Assembly (NCBI GenBank): GCA_963827155.1
Contig: CAWGZV010000002.1
Span: 3,287,237-3,351,236 of the forward strand
Length of the DNA stretch: 64,000 bases
Source of the DNA: an uncultured Chloroflexia bacterium
Lineage (GTDB): Bacteria; Chloroflexota; Anaerolineae; Anaerolineales; UBA4823
Reading direction: 5' to 3'
Below are positions 56,157 through 64,000 of this stretch, piece by piece. The translations under genes and the position numbers were made by a program. The number at the start of each line of letters is the position of its first letter. The stretch's first letter is position 1. The notes below the pieces were generated by a model that had not been told where the DNA came from, did not search any database, and saw only the letters and a program-made list of their open reading frames with translations.

Positions 56157-58118
56157 ATGTCGGTTGTTGACGAAATTAAAAATAGGATCGATATCATCGA
56201 TCTGGTCGCCGAATCCGTGCAGCTGCGTCGTTCGGGTAAAAACTACTCTGGTTTTTGCCCGTTTCATCCGAACCAACGCACGCCAGCATTCGTTGTTTTC
56301 TCGGATACTGGCACATGGCGTTGTTTTGGTCAGTGCAACGAAGGCGGGGATATTTTTCGCTTCATTATGAAGAAGGAGGGCTGGGATTTTCCAGAAGCTC
56401 TCCGCTATCTGGCAGATCGAGCTGGAATCCAGCTAAAACCACAAACTGAACAGCAGCAGTTGGAAGATGATGCCCATGATGAACTGCGGCAGATCCTGGA
56501 GCAGGCCGTCTCATTCTTTCGTGGGCAACTCATTAACACCTCCCAAGGGAAAAATGCCCACCAGTACCTGGTCGAAAAACGAGGCTTACAAGAGGAGACG
56601 ATTGAGACATTTGGCATCGGCTATGCTCCGCGCTCTTGGGATACCTTGAAGGTCCATCTCACCGCGAAAGGCTATAATATTTCGAACCTGCTCGCCGCAG
56701 GCCTTCTTAGCGAGCGTGAGCCTGGGATTGGTTCAATTAATCCACAGGGACTTAATTCGAACGAAGTCTTCGACCGCTTCCGCCACCGCATCATGTTCCC
56801 CATCCGTGATGGGCGTGGCCGCATGGCTGGATTTGGCGCACGCATCCTCGATCCCGACGATATCCCAAAATTTCTCAATTCTCCCCAATCCCCTATCTTC
56901 GATAAAGGTCATCTGCTTTATGGATTAGACCGCGCCGGTAAAACGATCCGTCTCCGTGACCAGGCAGTGATTGTTGAAGGGTATCTGGATGTCATTGCCC
57001 TGCATCAGGCTGGTTTTGATAACGCCGTCTCCCCAATGGGGACTGCACTGACCGAGCACCAACTTTCCATCCTGAAACGCTACAGTCGCCGTATCATCCT
57101 GGCGCTTGATTCCGACGCGGCAGGTGCAAAGGCGACTTTACGGGGCCTGCAGATTGCTCGCCAGACAATGGATCGTGAAGAGGATACTCGCTTTGATGCC
57201 CGTGGTTTGCTGCGCCATGAAGCCCGCCTTCAAGCCGATATTCGGGTCACTACATTGCCGTCAGGGCTGGATCCTGACGATCTAGTCAACCGCGATCCAC
57301 AGGAATGGCAGCGGATCATTGACAATGCTCGCCCGGTTGTGCTTCATGTTATGGAGACACTCGCCTCAGACCTTGATCTGGAAGATCCGAAAGCGAAAAA
57401 TGAAATAGCCGCTCAGGTTATCCCTCTCATCGAAGATATCCCAAGCCCAATCGAACGCGATACTTACCGCCAGCGGCTTGCCCGTCTGCTGCGGGTGAAT
57501 GAACAGGTCTTGCTCGAGATCAGCCCGCGCACCCACCGTGTAATTTCCGGCGCTCGCCGCGGTATGACTACCTCCGCTCCTGAGAAACCCGTTCAATCTC
57601 CAAAAACCAGGGCTATGAGCAGCTATGGTCTCGAGGTCCATTGTCTTGGCATCTTGCTCCGCAGCCCAGGGCTGCTTTACCAGGTGGATCGCGGGCTGCA
57701 GCAAGAAGGGCTCGCCAGGCTTTCATCCGATGATTTTGAGCATGCCGATCATCAGGCGATCTTCCGGCTTTTCCAAGAATCGATCGATCAGGATCTCGCA
57801 GAGCCGCTCAATTATGTCATGAACAACCTCTCTCTTGAAATGATGGAGGTTGCCGATGATCTTCTTGCGCGGACGACTGAGCTGGATCCCAATAAGGATC
57901 GCGTCCTGGAGGATTTAATGCGTGGGCTTTTAGATCTACGCCGCCGAAAGTTGCATCACGAGATTGAATATCAGCGTTTCATAATCGAAGAAGCCCCCGA
58001 TCCGGCCGATCTCCGGGCATCATTAATGATCCAAAATATGGTCCAGCTGGCAGATGCGAAACGGCGAATCGATCGGGCCATGAAAAAATATACCAGCCGG
58101 CTGCCGTCCACTCACTAG
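56157..58118 (+). CDS. dnaG: DNA primase
   Basis: Zinc finger CPFHPNQRTPAFVVFSDTGTWRCFGQC and TOPRIM (VIVEGYLDVIALHQAG, LDSDAAG). Confidence 0.9.
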   Translation: MSVVDEIKNRIDIIDLVAESVQLRRSGKNYSGFCPFHPNQRTPAFVVFSDTGTWRCFGQCNEGGDIFRFIMKKEGWDFPEALRYLADRAGIQLKPQTEQQQLEDDAHDELRQILEQAVSFFRGQLINTSQGKNAHQYLVEKRGLQEETIETFGIGYAPRSWDTLKVHLTAKGYNISNLLAAGLLSEREPGIGSINPQGLNSNEVFDRFRHRIMFPIRDGRGRMAGFGARILDPDDIPKFLNSPQSPIFDKGHLLYGLDRAGKTIRLRDQAVIVEGYLDVIALHQAGFDNAVSPMGTALTEHQLSILKRYSRRIILALDSDAAGAKATLRGLQIARQTMDREEDTRFDARGLLRHEARLQADIRVTTLPSGLDPDDLVNRDPQEWQRIIDNARPVVLHVMETLASDLDLEDPKAKNEIAAQVIPLIEDIPSPIERDTYRQRLARLLRVNEQVLLEISPRTHRVISGARRGMTTSAPEKPVQSPKTRAMSSYGLEVHCLGILLRSPGLLYQVDRGLQQEGLARLSSDDFEHADHQAIFRLFQESIDQDLAEPLNYVMNNLSLEMMEVADDLLARTTELDPNKDRVLEDLMRGLLDLRRRKLHHEIEYQRFIIEEAPDPADLRASLMIQNMVQLADAKRRIDRAMKKYTSRLPSTH

Positions 58119-58121
58119 TTC

Positions 58122-59924
58122 ATGATAAGATTGAAAAATGCGTGCATTGGACCGCTGTACATTCAAGCTGCAACGGATGGCGGCATGATCTCCAGGACCC
58201 AGAAAACACTCCCAGAATCCCCGGATCCAGCCCAAAAACATGTTGATCAACAGTCACCAGGGCCCCTCGCCGCCGACTTCCCATCCGAACAAAATCCGGC
58301 AGGCGAAGAAGAATCTCCCATCGAGGACTTAGAAGACCTGGTGGATGAAAATGATGACCTGCTCAATGGTGATGAGCTTGTGGAACAAGAACCCCTCTTC
58401 GCGGTTGAGGATATCGATGAGGAGAGTATCTCTCTGGAAGCCGATGAAATCGAAGCTCTAGTAAAAGCGGAGCCGTTAGAGTTTTTTCGCGACCAGAGAG
58501 GGTTGACCGAGATCAATGAAGATCCGGTTAAACTTTATCTCAAAGAAATCGGAAATATCGATCTCCTCACACAGGATCAGGAATTCTGGTTAGCTACCCG
58601 ATTGGAAGCGGATCGCAGGCTGGAGGTGCTTGCCCGTCAGCACCCTCTTGCTCGGGAAAACAAGTCGCCTGACGCGGCCGCTGGCGAAAAACAGAGTGAT
58701 CTTAAAGATGCCGAATCTGCCCGACGCACATATCGTGCTTTATACGAAGACTTGACCACGCATTGGTCGAGAGTCTTGGTGGATGCTCGCCGTCTAGATT
58801 TCCAGCAACCAGACCTGCAGCTACTGCTTTCAGAGGCGCAGATGCTTCGCTCTACCTGGCAGAGCAATGTTCCATCCTATCTTCGCGCCTACCTGGATAA
58901 TGGCCTGTGGGGCAATGATCCTTTATGGAATGGCTTCGCAAAAATTGCGTTTATGGTTTTCCTTTACCTCTACACCATCCCTAAGATTATGGATGCCCCA
59001 TTCCAAAAGTATGTAGAACACCACGGTGAGCTTCCCAGTGAAGCCACCTTTACGCATTACCTCCCCGACAAATACGTGCTCCAGTCTGAGATCGAACAGA
59101 TTCACAGCCGCTGCGAAGAGGCAAATATCGCCATCATCCGCGCCAACTTGCGCCTGGTGGTGAGCGTTGCAAAAAGATACACCGGCCGCGGCTCCTCTTT
59201 CCTAGACCTGATCCAGGAAGGGAATATCGGTCTGTTGAGAGCTGTCTCGAAATTCGATCCTACCCGCGGCTTCAAATTTAGCACGTATGCGACCTGGTGG
59301 ATTCGTCAATCGATCAGCAGATCAATTGCTGACCAGGCTCGAACAATTCGAATTCCCGTGCATATCTTTGAATCACTCAACCGGTTATTGCGGATCCAAC
59401 GGGAGCTCATCCAGAAGCTTGGCCGCGAACCAACCATCGATGATATCGCTCTTGAAGCAGGCTACTTGGAGCCAAAAGATCGCCAGGCGATACTCCGCGC
59501 CATCCAGGATTCTACCCCGGTGGAAGCCGATGTCCGCCGGAGATGGAATCGCGCTTCTGCAAAGGTCAACCGGATTATGCGCGCCATGGAAGAGCCAATG
59601 TCGCTGGACAGCCCCATCGGTCCTGAAGACAGCAGCCAGCTCGGGGATTTTATCGAGGACGAAGAAGCCCAGGAGCCAATGGATGCTGCAGCACGTGAAA
59701 TGCTGCGTGAATCAGTAAAAATTGCGCTGGCAGTGCTTTCAGATCGCGAGCGTGAGGTTTTAGAACTGCGCTTTGGTCTGGTGGATGGAAAGGATCATAC
59801 GCTTGAGGAGGTTGGTCAGTACTTCAATGTAACTCGCGAGCGCATCCGCCAGATTGAATCCAAGGCGCTGCGCAAGCTCCGCCATCCAACCCGAAGCCGC
59901 CATCTGCGCGACTTCCTGCGCTGA
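58122..59924 (+). CDS. rpoD: Primary RNA polymerase sigma factor (sigma-70) with a long acidic N-terminal extension
   Basis: Regions 1.2-4 are present: [65 protein letters not shown]. Starts 4 nt after the dnaG stop. Confidence 0.9.
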   Translation: MIRLKNACIGPLYIQAATDGGMISRTQKTLPESPDPAQKHVDQQSPGPLAADFPSEQNPAGEEESPIEDLEDLVDENDDLLNGDELVEQEPLFAVEDIDEESISLEADEIEALVKAEPLEFFRDQRGLTEINEDPVKLYLKEIGNIDLLTQDQEFWLATRLEADRRLEVLARQHPLARENKSPDAAAGEKQSDLKDAESARRTYRALYEDLTTHWSRVLVDARRLDFQQPDLQLLLSEAQMLRSTWQSNVPSYLRAYLDNGLWGNDPLWNGFAKIAFMVFLYLYTIPKIMDAPFQKYVEHHGELPSEATFTHYLPDKYVLQSEIEQIHSRCEEANIAIIRANLRLVVSVAKRYTGRGSSFLDLIQEGNIGLLRAVSKFDPTRGFKFSTYATWWIRQSISRSIADQARTIRIPVHIFESLNRLLRIQRELIQKLGREPTIDDIALEAGYLEPKDRQAILRAIQDSTPVEADVRRRWNRASAKVNRIMRAMEEPMSLDSPIGPEDSSQLGDFIEDEEAQEPMDAAAREMLRESVKIALAVLSDREREVLELRFGLVDGKDHTLEEVGQYFNVTRERIRQIESKALRKLRHPTRSRHLRDFLR

Positions 59925-59940
59925 GCTGGATTTGTGAAAT

Positions 59941-59969
59941 TTGACACGCTCGGACGAGTATGATAAACT
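59941..59969 (+). promoter_or_regulatory. Sigma-70-like promoter (extended -10) upstream of the nuo operon
   Basis: TTGACA (59941-59946), a 17-nt spacer ending in TGa, then TAAACT (59964-59969). Confidence 0.45.
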
Positions 59970-60051
59970 ATCTCTGAAAATAGCCTGATGAGCGAAAAAC
60001 CCGTCTTCAAGTTTTCAGTGAATTTTGTTAAATTAAATAGGTGAGGCTTTT

Positions 60052-60408
60052 ATGCTGCAGGATTATCTCCCACTTGCTGTTGTGATAATCATCGCCACGG
60101 GTATTGCCGGGCTTGCCATCTCGCTTGGGCATTTGTTTGGTCCGCGCCGTCCTACTCTGCGCAAGTCGCAGCCTTATGAATCCGGCATGCGTCCAATCGG
60201 TCCAGGCACTCGCCGGATGCCCGTCCGCTTCTACCTGATCGCTGTCCTTTTCATCCTTTTCGATATCGAAATTGTCTTCTTTCTGCCTTGGGCGGTTGTC
60301 TTCAATAAGCTGGGACTCTTTGGCTTGATTGAGATGCTGATCTTTATCGTGATTTTAATGGTTGGTTATGTTTACGCGTGGAAGAAAGGAGCCCTGGAAT
60401 GGGAATAG
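60052..60408 (+). CDS. nuoA: NADH-quinone oxidoreductase subunit A
   Basis: Three TM helices; PYESGM and [12 protein letters not shown] motifs. Confidence 0.9.
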   Translation: MLQDYLPLAVVIIIATGIAGLAISLGHLFGPRRPTLRKSQPYESGMRPIGPGTRRMPVRFYLIAVLFILFDIEIVFFLPWAVVFNKLGLFGLIEMLIFIVILMVGYVYAWKKGALEWE

Positions 60409-60881
60409 AACAAAAACTCGGTAATATGGGCATTGCGACCTTGCGCCTTGAAGATGCAATCAACTGGTCGCGCACCAATGCCATGTGGCCGATGTTGTTT
60501 GGACTGGCTTGCTGCGCGATCGAAATGATGTCGACTCAGGCTTCGAACTATGATATGAGCCGCTTTGGGATGGAGCTGATGCGTGCAAGCCCTCGCCAGT
60601 CCGATTTGATGATTGTTGCCGGGCGGGTATCACGTAAAATGGCACCCGTACTTCGTCGGTTGTACGACCAGATGCCGGATCCAAAGTGGGTGATCTCGAT
60701 GGGTGACTGCGCCTCTTGTGGTGGTGTATTCAACAACTACGCCATTGTTCAAGGAGTGGATGAAGTCGTTCCCGTGGATGTGTATGTCGCAGGCTGTCCC
60801 CCTCGTCCAGAGGCGTTGATCCATGGGATCGTGACTCTGTATGAAAAGGTCAAGCAGGAGAAAATCAAAGATTGGGCATGA
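60399..60881 (+). CDS. nuoB: NADH-quinone oxidoreductase subunit B
   Basis: [17 protein letters not shown] and GCPPRPEAL cluster ligands. ATG 60399 overlaps the nuoA end by 10 nt; the track start at 60378 is a GTG. Confidence 0.9.
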   Translation: MGIEQKLGNMGIATLRLEDAINWSRTNAMWPMLFGLACCAIEMMSTQASNYDMSRFGMELMRASPRQSDLMIVAGRVSRKMAPVLRRLYDQMPDPKWVISMGDCASCGGVFNNYAIVQGVDEVVPVDVYVAGCPPRPEALIHGIVTLYEKVKQEKIKDWA

Positions 60882-60957
60882 TGCTGTTAGAAATTAGTGG
60901 CGAGCCGGCTTTGATTATGATTATCCACTGGTTTGTTCGATCATGTGAGTGGTGAAA

Positions 60958-61470
60958 ATGAGTGAAGACATTCAATCCATTTTGAGCCAGCTAAAAACCC
61001 GTTTTACTGCGGGTCTTTATGAATTCCGGGGTGAAACCAGCCTGGTCCTTGATCCTGCAGATATCGTCCCAGTTTGCACCTCGCTGCGCGATGATTTCGA
61101 CTTCGAACTCCTATCCGAGCAGACTGCCGTCGATTATTGGCCCGAACAAAATCCGCGATTTCATGTTGTTTATCGGCTGCGTTCTTTGAGACACAATCAA
61201 ATCATCGGATTGGTTGTCCCCCTTAATGGTAATGCCCCAGTGATGCCTTCTTTGACACCTGTCTATCAAAATGCCAACTGGTTCGAGCGCGAGTTATGGG
61301 ATATGTTTGGCATTCGATTTGAAGGTCACCCAGATTTACGCCGGGTTATCATGCCAGCTGATTGGGAGGGGCACCCGCTTCGAAAGGATTATCCCCTCGG
61401 GTATGAAGAGGTTCAGTTTACATTCAATTTCGATGAGATCGACCTGCGCAAGCCTTATGCCCAGGATTAA
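60958..61470 (+). CDS. nuoC: NADH-quinone oxidoreductase subunit C
   Basis: NANWFERELWDMFGIRFEGHPDLRR motif. The start is ATG 60958 or GTG 60949. Confidence 0.85.
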   Translation: MSEDIQSILSQLKTRFTAGLYEFRGETSLVLDPADIVPVCTSLRDDFDFELLSEQTAVDYWPEQNPRFHVVYRLRSLRHNQIIGLVVPLNGNAPVMPSLTPVYQNANWFERELWDMFGIRFEGHPDLRRVIMPADWEGHPLRKDYPLGYEEVQFTFNFDEIDLRKPYAQD

Positions 61471-61509
61471 CAGTCTATTCCAGCCTGGGAATTGAGAAGG
61501 TGACGCCTT

Positions 61510-62754
61510 ATGGATAATAACCTTGATGTAACACTGACACCGGTATCTCTGGAGGAGATCAAGCACTTGATTTCCGATCGTGCTATCCAGGGAGAGACGG
61601 TGCTTTTAAATATGGGCCCACAGCACCCCAGCACGCATGGTGTGCTCCGGCTCTTATTGGAATTGGACGGAGAAGAGGTTGTCAACTGCATCCCCGATGT
61701 CGGTTTCCTCCATACTGGCATCGAAAAGAACATGGAAGCCAAGACTTATGTCAAAGCAGCAGTGATGACCGACCGCCTCGATTATCTGAACAATCTCGGC
61801 AACAACCTTACTTACTGCATGGCGATCGAGAAGCTAGCCGATCTGGATGTCCCGCCGCGTGCCCAGGCTATTCGAGTCCTGCTCACCGAGCTCCAACGCA
61901 TTTCCTCGCACCTGGTCTGGCTAGGCACACACGCTCTGGATGCTGCTGCAATGTCGGTCTTTCTGTACTGCTTTCGCGAGCGCGAAAAAATCCTTGATAT
62001 CTTCGAGCTCGTATCTGGGCAGCGCATGATGACTACCTATTTTCGCCCAGGTGGGCTGTGGCGCGAAGCGCCGGTCGAATTTGAAGCGGCGGTACGAAGT
62101 TTTATCTCCTACTTCCCTGAGCGTATTGAAGAATATAACCGTCTGCTCACCAAAAACCCGATCTTCCTCCGCCGCACAAAAGAAATTGGGTTTCTAAAAC
62201 CTGATGTTGCCCTTCAATATGGTGTGACAGGTCCGATGCTCCGCGCTTCTGGAGTAGCGCACGACTTGCGAAAAGCTCAGCCCTATTCGGGCTATGAACT
62301 TTACTCCTTTGATGTACCCACAGAAACCAGCGGCGACACCTATGCTCGCTACCTGATCAGGATGGAAGAAATGCGCCAGTCGCTACGCATAGTGGAACAG
62401 GCACTGGAAAAGCTCCCCTTGGGTCCAGTTATCAGCGCCAATCGAAAATATGTGCCTCCTCCTCGCAGCGAGATTGGCACCAGCATGGAAGCACTCATCC
62501 ACCACTTTAAACTCTGGACGGAAGGTTTCAACCCCCCGAAGGGATCGGTCTATGTCGCGACCGAATCGCCGCGCGGCGAGCTGGGAGTTTTCCTTGAGAG
62601 CGATGGCGGGCCGAAACCCTATCGCGTTCATTGGCGCACACCATCGTTTACCAATATGCAAATCCTGCCGATTTTGGCGAAAGGTCACCTGGTCGCCGAC
62701 CTCGTCCTGCTGATTGGAACGGTTGACATTGTCCTGGGAGATGTGGACCGCTAG
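61510..62754 (+). CDS. nuoD: NADH-quinone oxidoreductase subunit D
   Basis: NMGPQHPSTHGVLRL, DRLDYL and ESPRGELGVF motifs. Confidence 0.9.
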   Translation: MDNNLDVTLTPVSLEEIKHLISDRAIQGETVLLNMGPQHPSTHGVLRLLLELDGEEVVNCIPDVGFLHTGIEKNMEAKTYVKAAVMTDRLDYLNNLGNNLTYCMAIEKLADLDVPPRAQAIRVLLTELQRISSHLVWLGTHALDAAAMSVFLYCFREREKILDIFELVSGQRMMTTYFRPGGLWREAPVEFEAAVRSFISYFPERIEEYNRLLTKNPIFLRRTKEIGFLKPDVALQYGVTGPMLRASGVAHDLRKAQPYSGYELYSFDVPTETSGDTYARYLIRMEEMRQSLRIVEQALEKLPLGPVISANRKYVPPPRSEIGTSMEALIHHFKLWTEGFNPPKGSVYVATESPRGELGVFLESDGGPKPYRVHWRTPSFTNMQILPILAKGHLVADLVLLIGTVDIVLGDVDR

Positions 62755-62762
62755 AGGCGCTT

Positions 62763-63284
62763 ATGCTTTCAGAAAAATATCCACAAGAGGTTCAATCCAT
62801 TCTGGCAAAATACCCCGCTGAGCAGCGCCGTTCTGCTGTGATGCCGCTGTTATATCTTGCCCAGCGCGACAAGATGTTCATCAGCCGGGAGGATATGACT
62901 GACATCGGCTCTATTCTGGGGCTCACCACTACCGAAGTGGCTTCCATTGTCGGTTTCTATTCCCTTTATTACGATCAGCCCATGGGCAAGTACCGCATCC
63001 AGGTTTGCACAGACCTGCCGTGTGCTTTGCGTGGGGCGGAGAAATTCCTGCAAGAGCTTTGCAGCCGCCTGGGGATTGAACCTGGTGAGACAACCGCCGA
63101 CGGGTTGATCACGATTGAGGCGGTTATGTGCCTGGCAGCCTGCGATAAAGCGCCAATGTTCCAGCTTCAATCTGGAGCAGGAATTGACTATTATGAGAAT
63201 CAGACCGTGGAGAACGCACTGGCACTGATCGATCAGCTCCGCGCAGATGCCGCTCGGAGGCACGGGAGAAATGGTCATGGCTGA
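62763..63284 (+). CDS. nuoE: NADH-quinone oxidoreductase subunit E
   Basis: 2Fe-2S ligand pattern VCTDLPCALRGA...CLAACDKAP. Confidence 0.9.
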   Translation: MLSEKYPQEVQSILAKYPAEQRRSAVMPLLYLAQRDKMFISREDMTDIGSILGLTTTEVASIVGFYSLYYDQPMGKYRIQVCTDLPCALRGAEKFLQELCSRLGIEPGETTADGLITIEAVMCLAACDKAPMFQLQSGAGIDYYENQTVENALALIDQLRADAARRHGRNGHG

Positions 63285-64000
63285 AAAAGAGCTCATCCTG
63301 CTGCGCCACCGCCAGATCGCCGATCTGGACAACCTGGATGTCTACCGTAAGCACGGCGGTTTTAAGGCATTCGAAAAAGTTGTCACCTCTTTGAGACCTG
63401 CAGAGGTAACCGATCAGGTCAAAGCTTCCGGATTGCGCGGGCGCGGCGGCGCCGGCTTCCCCACGGGGTTGAAATGGTCGTTCGTTGACAACCGCAGCTG
63501 GCCTCATTACGTCGTCGCGAATGCAGATGAGTCCGAGCCAGGCACTTTTAAAGATCGTGAGATCATGGAAGGGAATCCTTTCCAATTTCTCGAAGGGGTT
63601 GCCATTTGTGCTTATGCTGTCCAAGCAAACAGCGCTTATGTCTACTTACGCGGGGAGTTTTGGCAGCTAGCTTCCCACCTCGATCAGCAGCTTGCCGCCA
63701 TGGAAGCCGCAGGTCTGCTTGGTGATAAGCTCTTTGGAACGGATTATTCTCTCCACATCTTCACTCACCTTGGGGCGGGCGCGTATATCTGCGGTGAAGA
63801 GACCGCAATGCTTGAATCGCTTGAAGGTAAGCTTGGTCAGCCTCGCCTCCGCCCACCATTCCCGCCCTCCTACGGGCTTTATGGAAAGCCGACTGTCGTT
63901 AACAATGTTGAAACCCTCACCAACTTGCCATTAATCCTTGAGCGGGGGGCAGACTGGTATCGCAGCTTCGGGACCGAGAAAAGCCCGGGTGTCAAGGTGT
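63271..64000 (+). CDS. nuoF: NADH-quinone oxidoreductase subunit F, N-terminal part (continues beyond the window)
   Basis: Absent from the ORF track because there is no stop in the window. My translation: MVMAEKELILL...SGLRGRGGAGFPTGLKWSF...ADESEPGTFKDREIME...GAGAYICGEETAMLESLEG. Confidence 0.85.
   Translation, partial: MVMAEKELILLRHRQIADLDNLDVYRKHGGFKAFEKVVTSLRPAEVTDQVKASGLRGRGGAGFPTGLKWSFVDNRSWPHYVVANADESEPGTFKDREIMEGNPFQFLEGVAICAYAVQANSAYVYLRGEFWQLASHLDQQLAAMEAAGLLGDKLFGTDYSLHIFTHLGAGAYICGEETAMLESLEGKLGQPRLRPPFPPSYGLYGKPTVVNNVETLTNLPLILERGADWYRSFGTEKSPGVKV

Noticed and set aside
1-64000. CRISPR arrays, IS elements/transposases, toxin-antitoxin pairs or recognised phage-defence operons
   Set aside because: I found no spaced direct-repeat array, no terminal inverted repeats flanking a transposase-like ORF, and none of the typical defence-gene signatures. 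The only short repeat array is the 8-nt-period ATTGTAT motif in the GntR promoter.

Overview
This is a housekeeping-dense bacterial chromosomal window. I saw no transposase, integrase, CRISPR array or rRNA. It holds about 60 protein genes and one tRNA-Leu(CAA). The gene content suggests a Chloroflexota/Anaerolineae-like organism: fused glyQS, a transaldolase-PGI fusion, a Ycf45-like R3H ATPase, a PucC-type MFS and the start of a nuoA-F operon. That taxonomic call is inference only.

Three things stand out.

1. Candidate peptide-signalling module (51.7-56.1 kb). A 69-aa ORF with a strong SD has an NHLP/Nif11-like leader pattern and ends ...RDWGV. It is followed by a divergent polyprenyl-synthase-fold protein that lacks the IPP-holding motifs, and then by a ~10-TM PDZ/GAF/PAS histidine kinase. 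This architecture is analogous to the Bacillus ComX-ComQ-ComP isoprenylated-peptide quorum-sensing module. It is the best candidate here for an undescribed system.

2. Candidate replication origin (22.40-22.79 kb). The element has six DnaA boxes, a DnaA-trio array and an AT-rich flank, but it is not next to dnaA or dnaN. Two consensus parS sites lie about 6 kb away.

3. Many interrupted conserved genes. These include rpsA, radA, an SDR, DUF1848, a MerR regulator, the PucC-MFS and others. Most are explained by one extra base in a homopolymer, and there are also three in-frame stop codons. An A9 tract separates a ChlI-like AAA+ ORF from a VWA ORF; joined, the two would form a ChlD-like protein.
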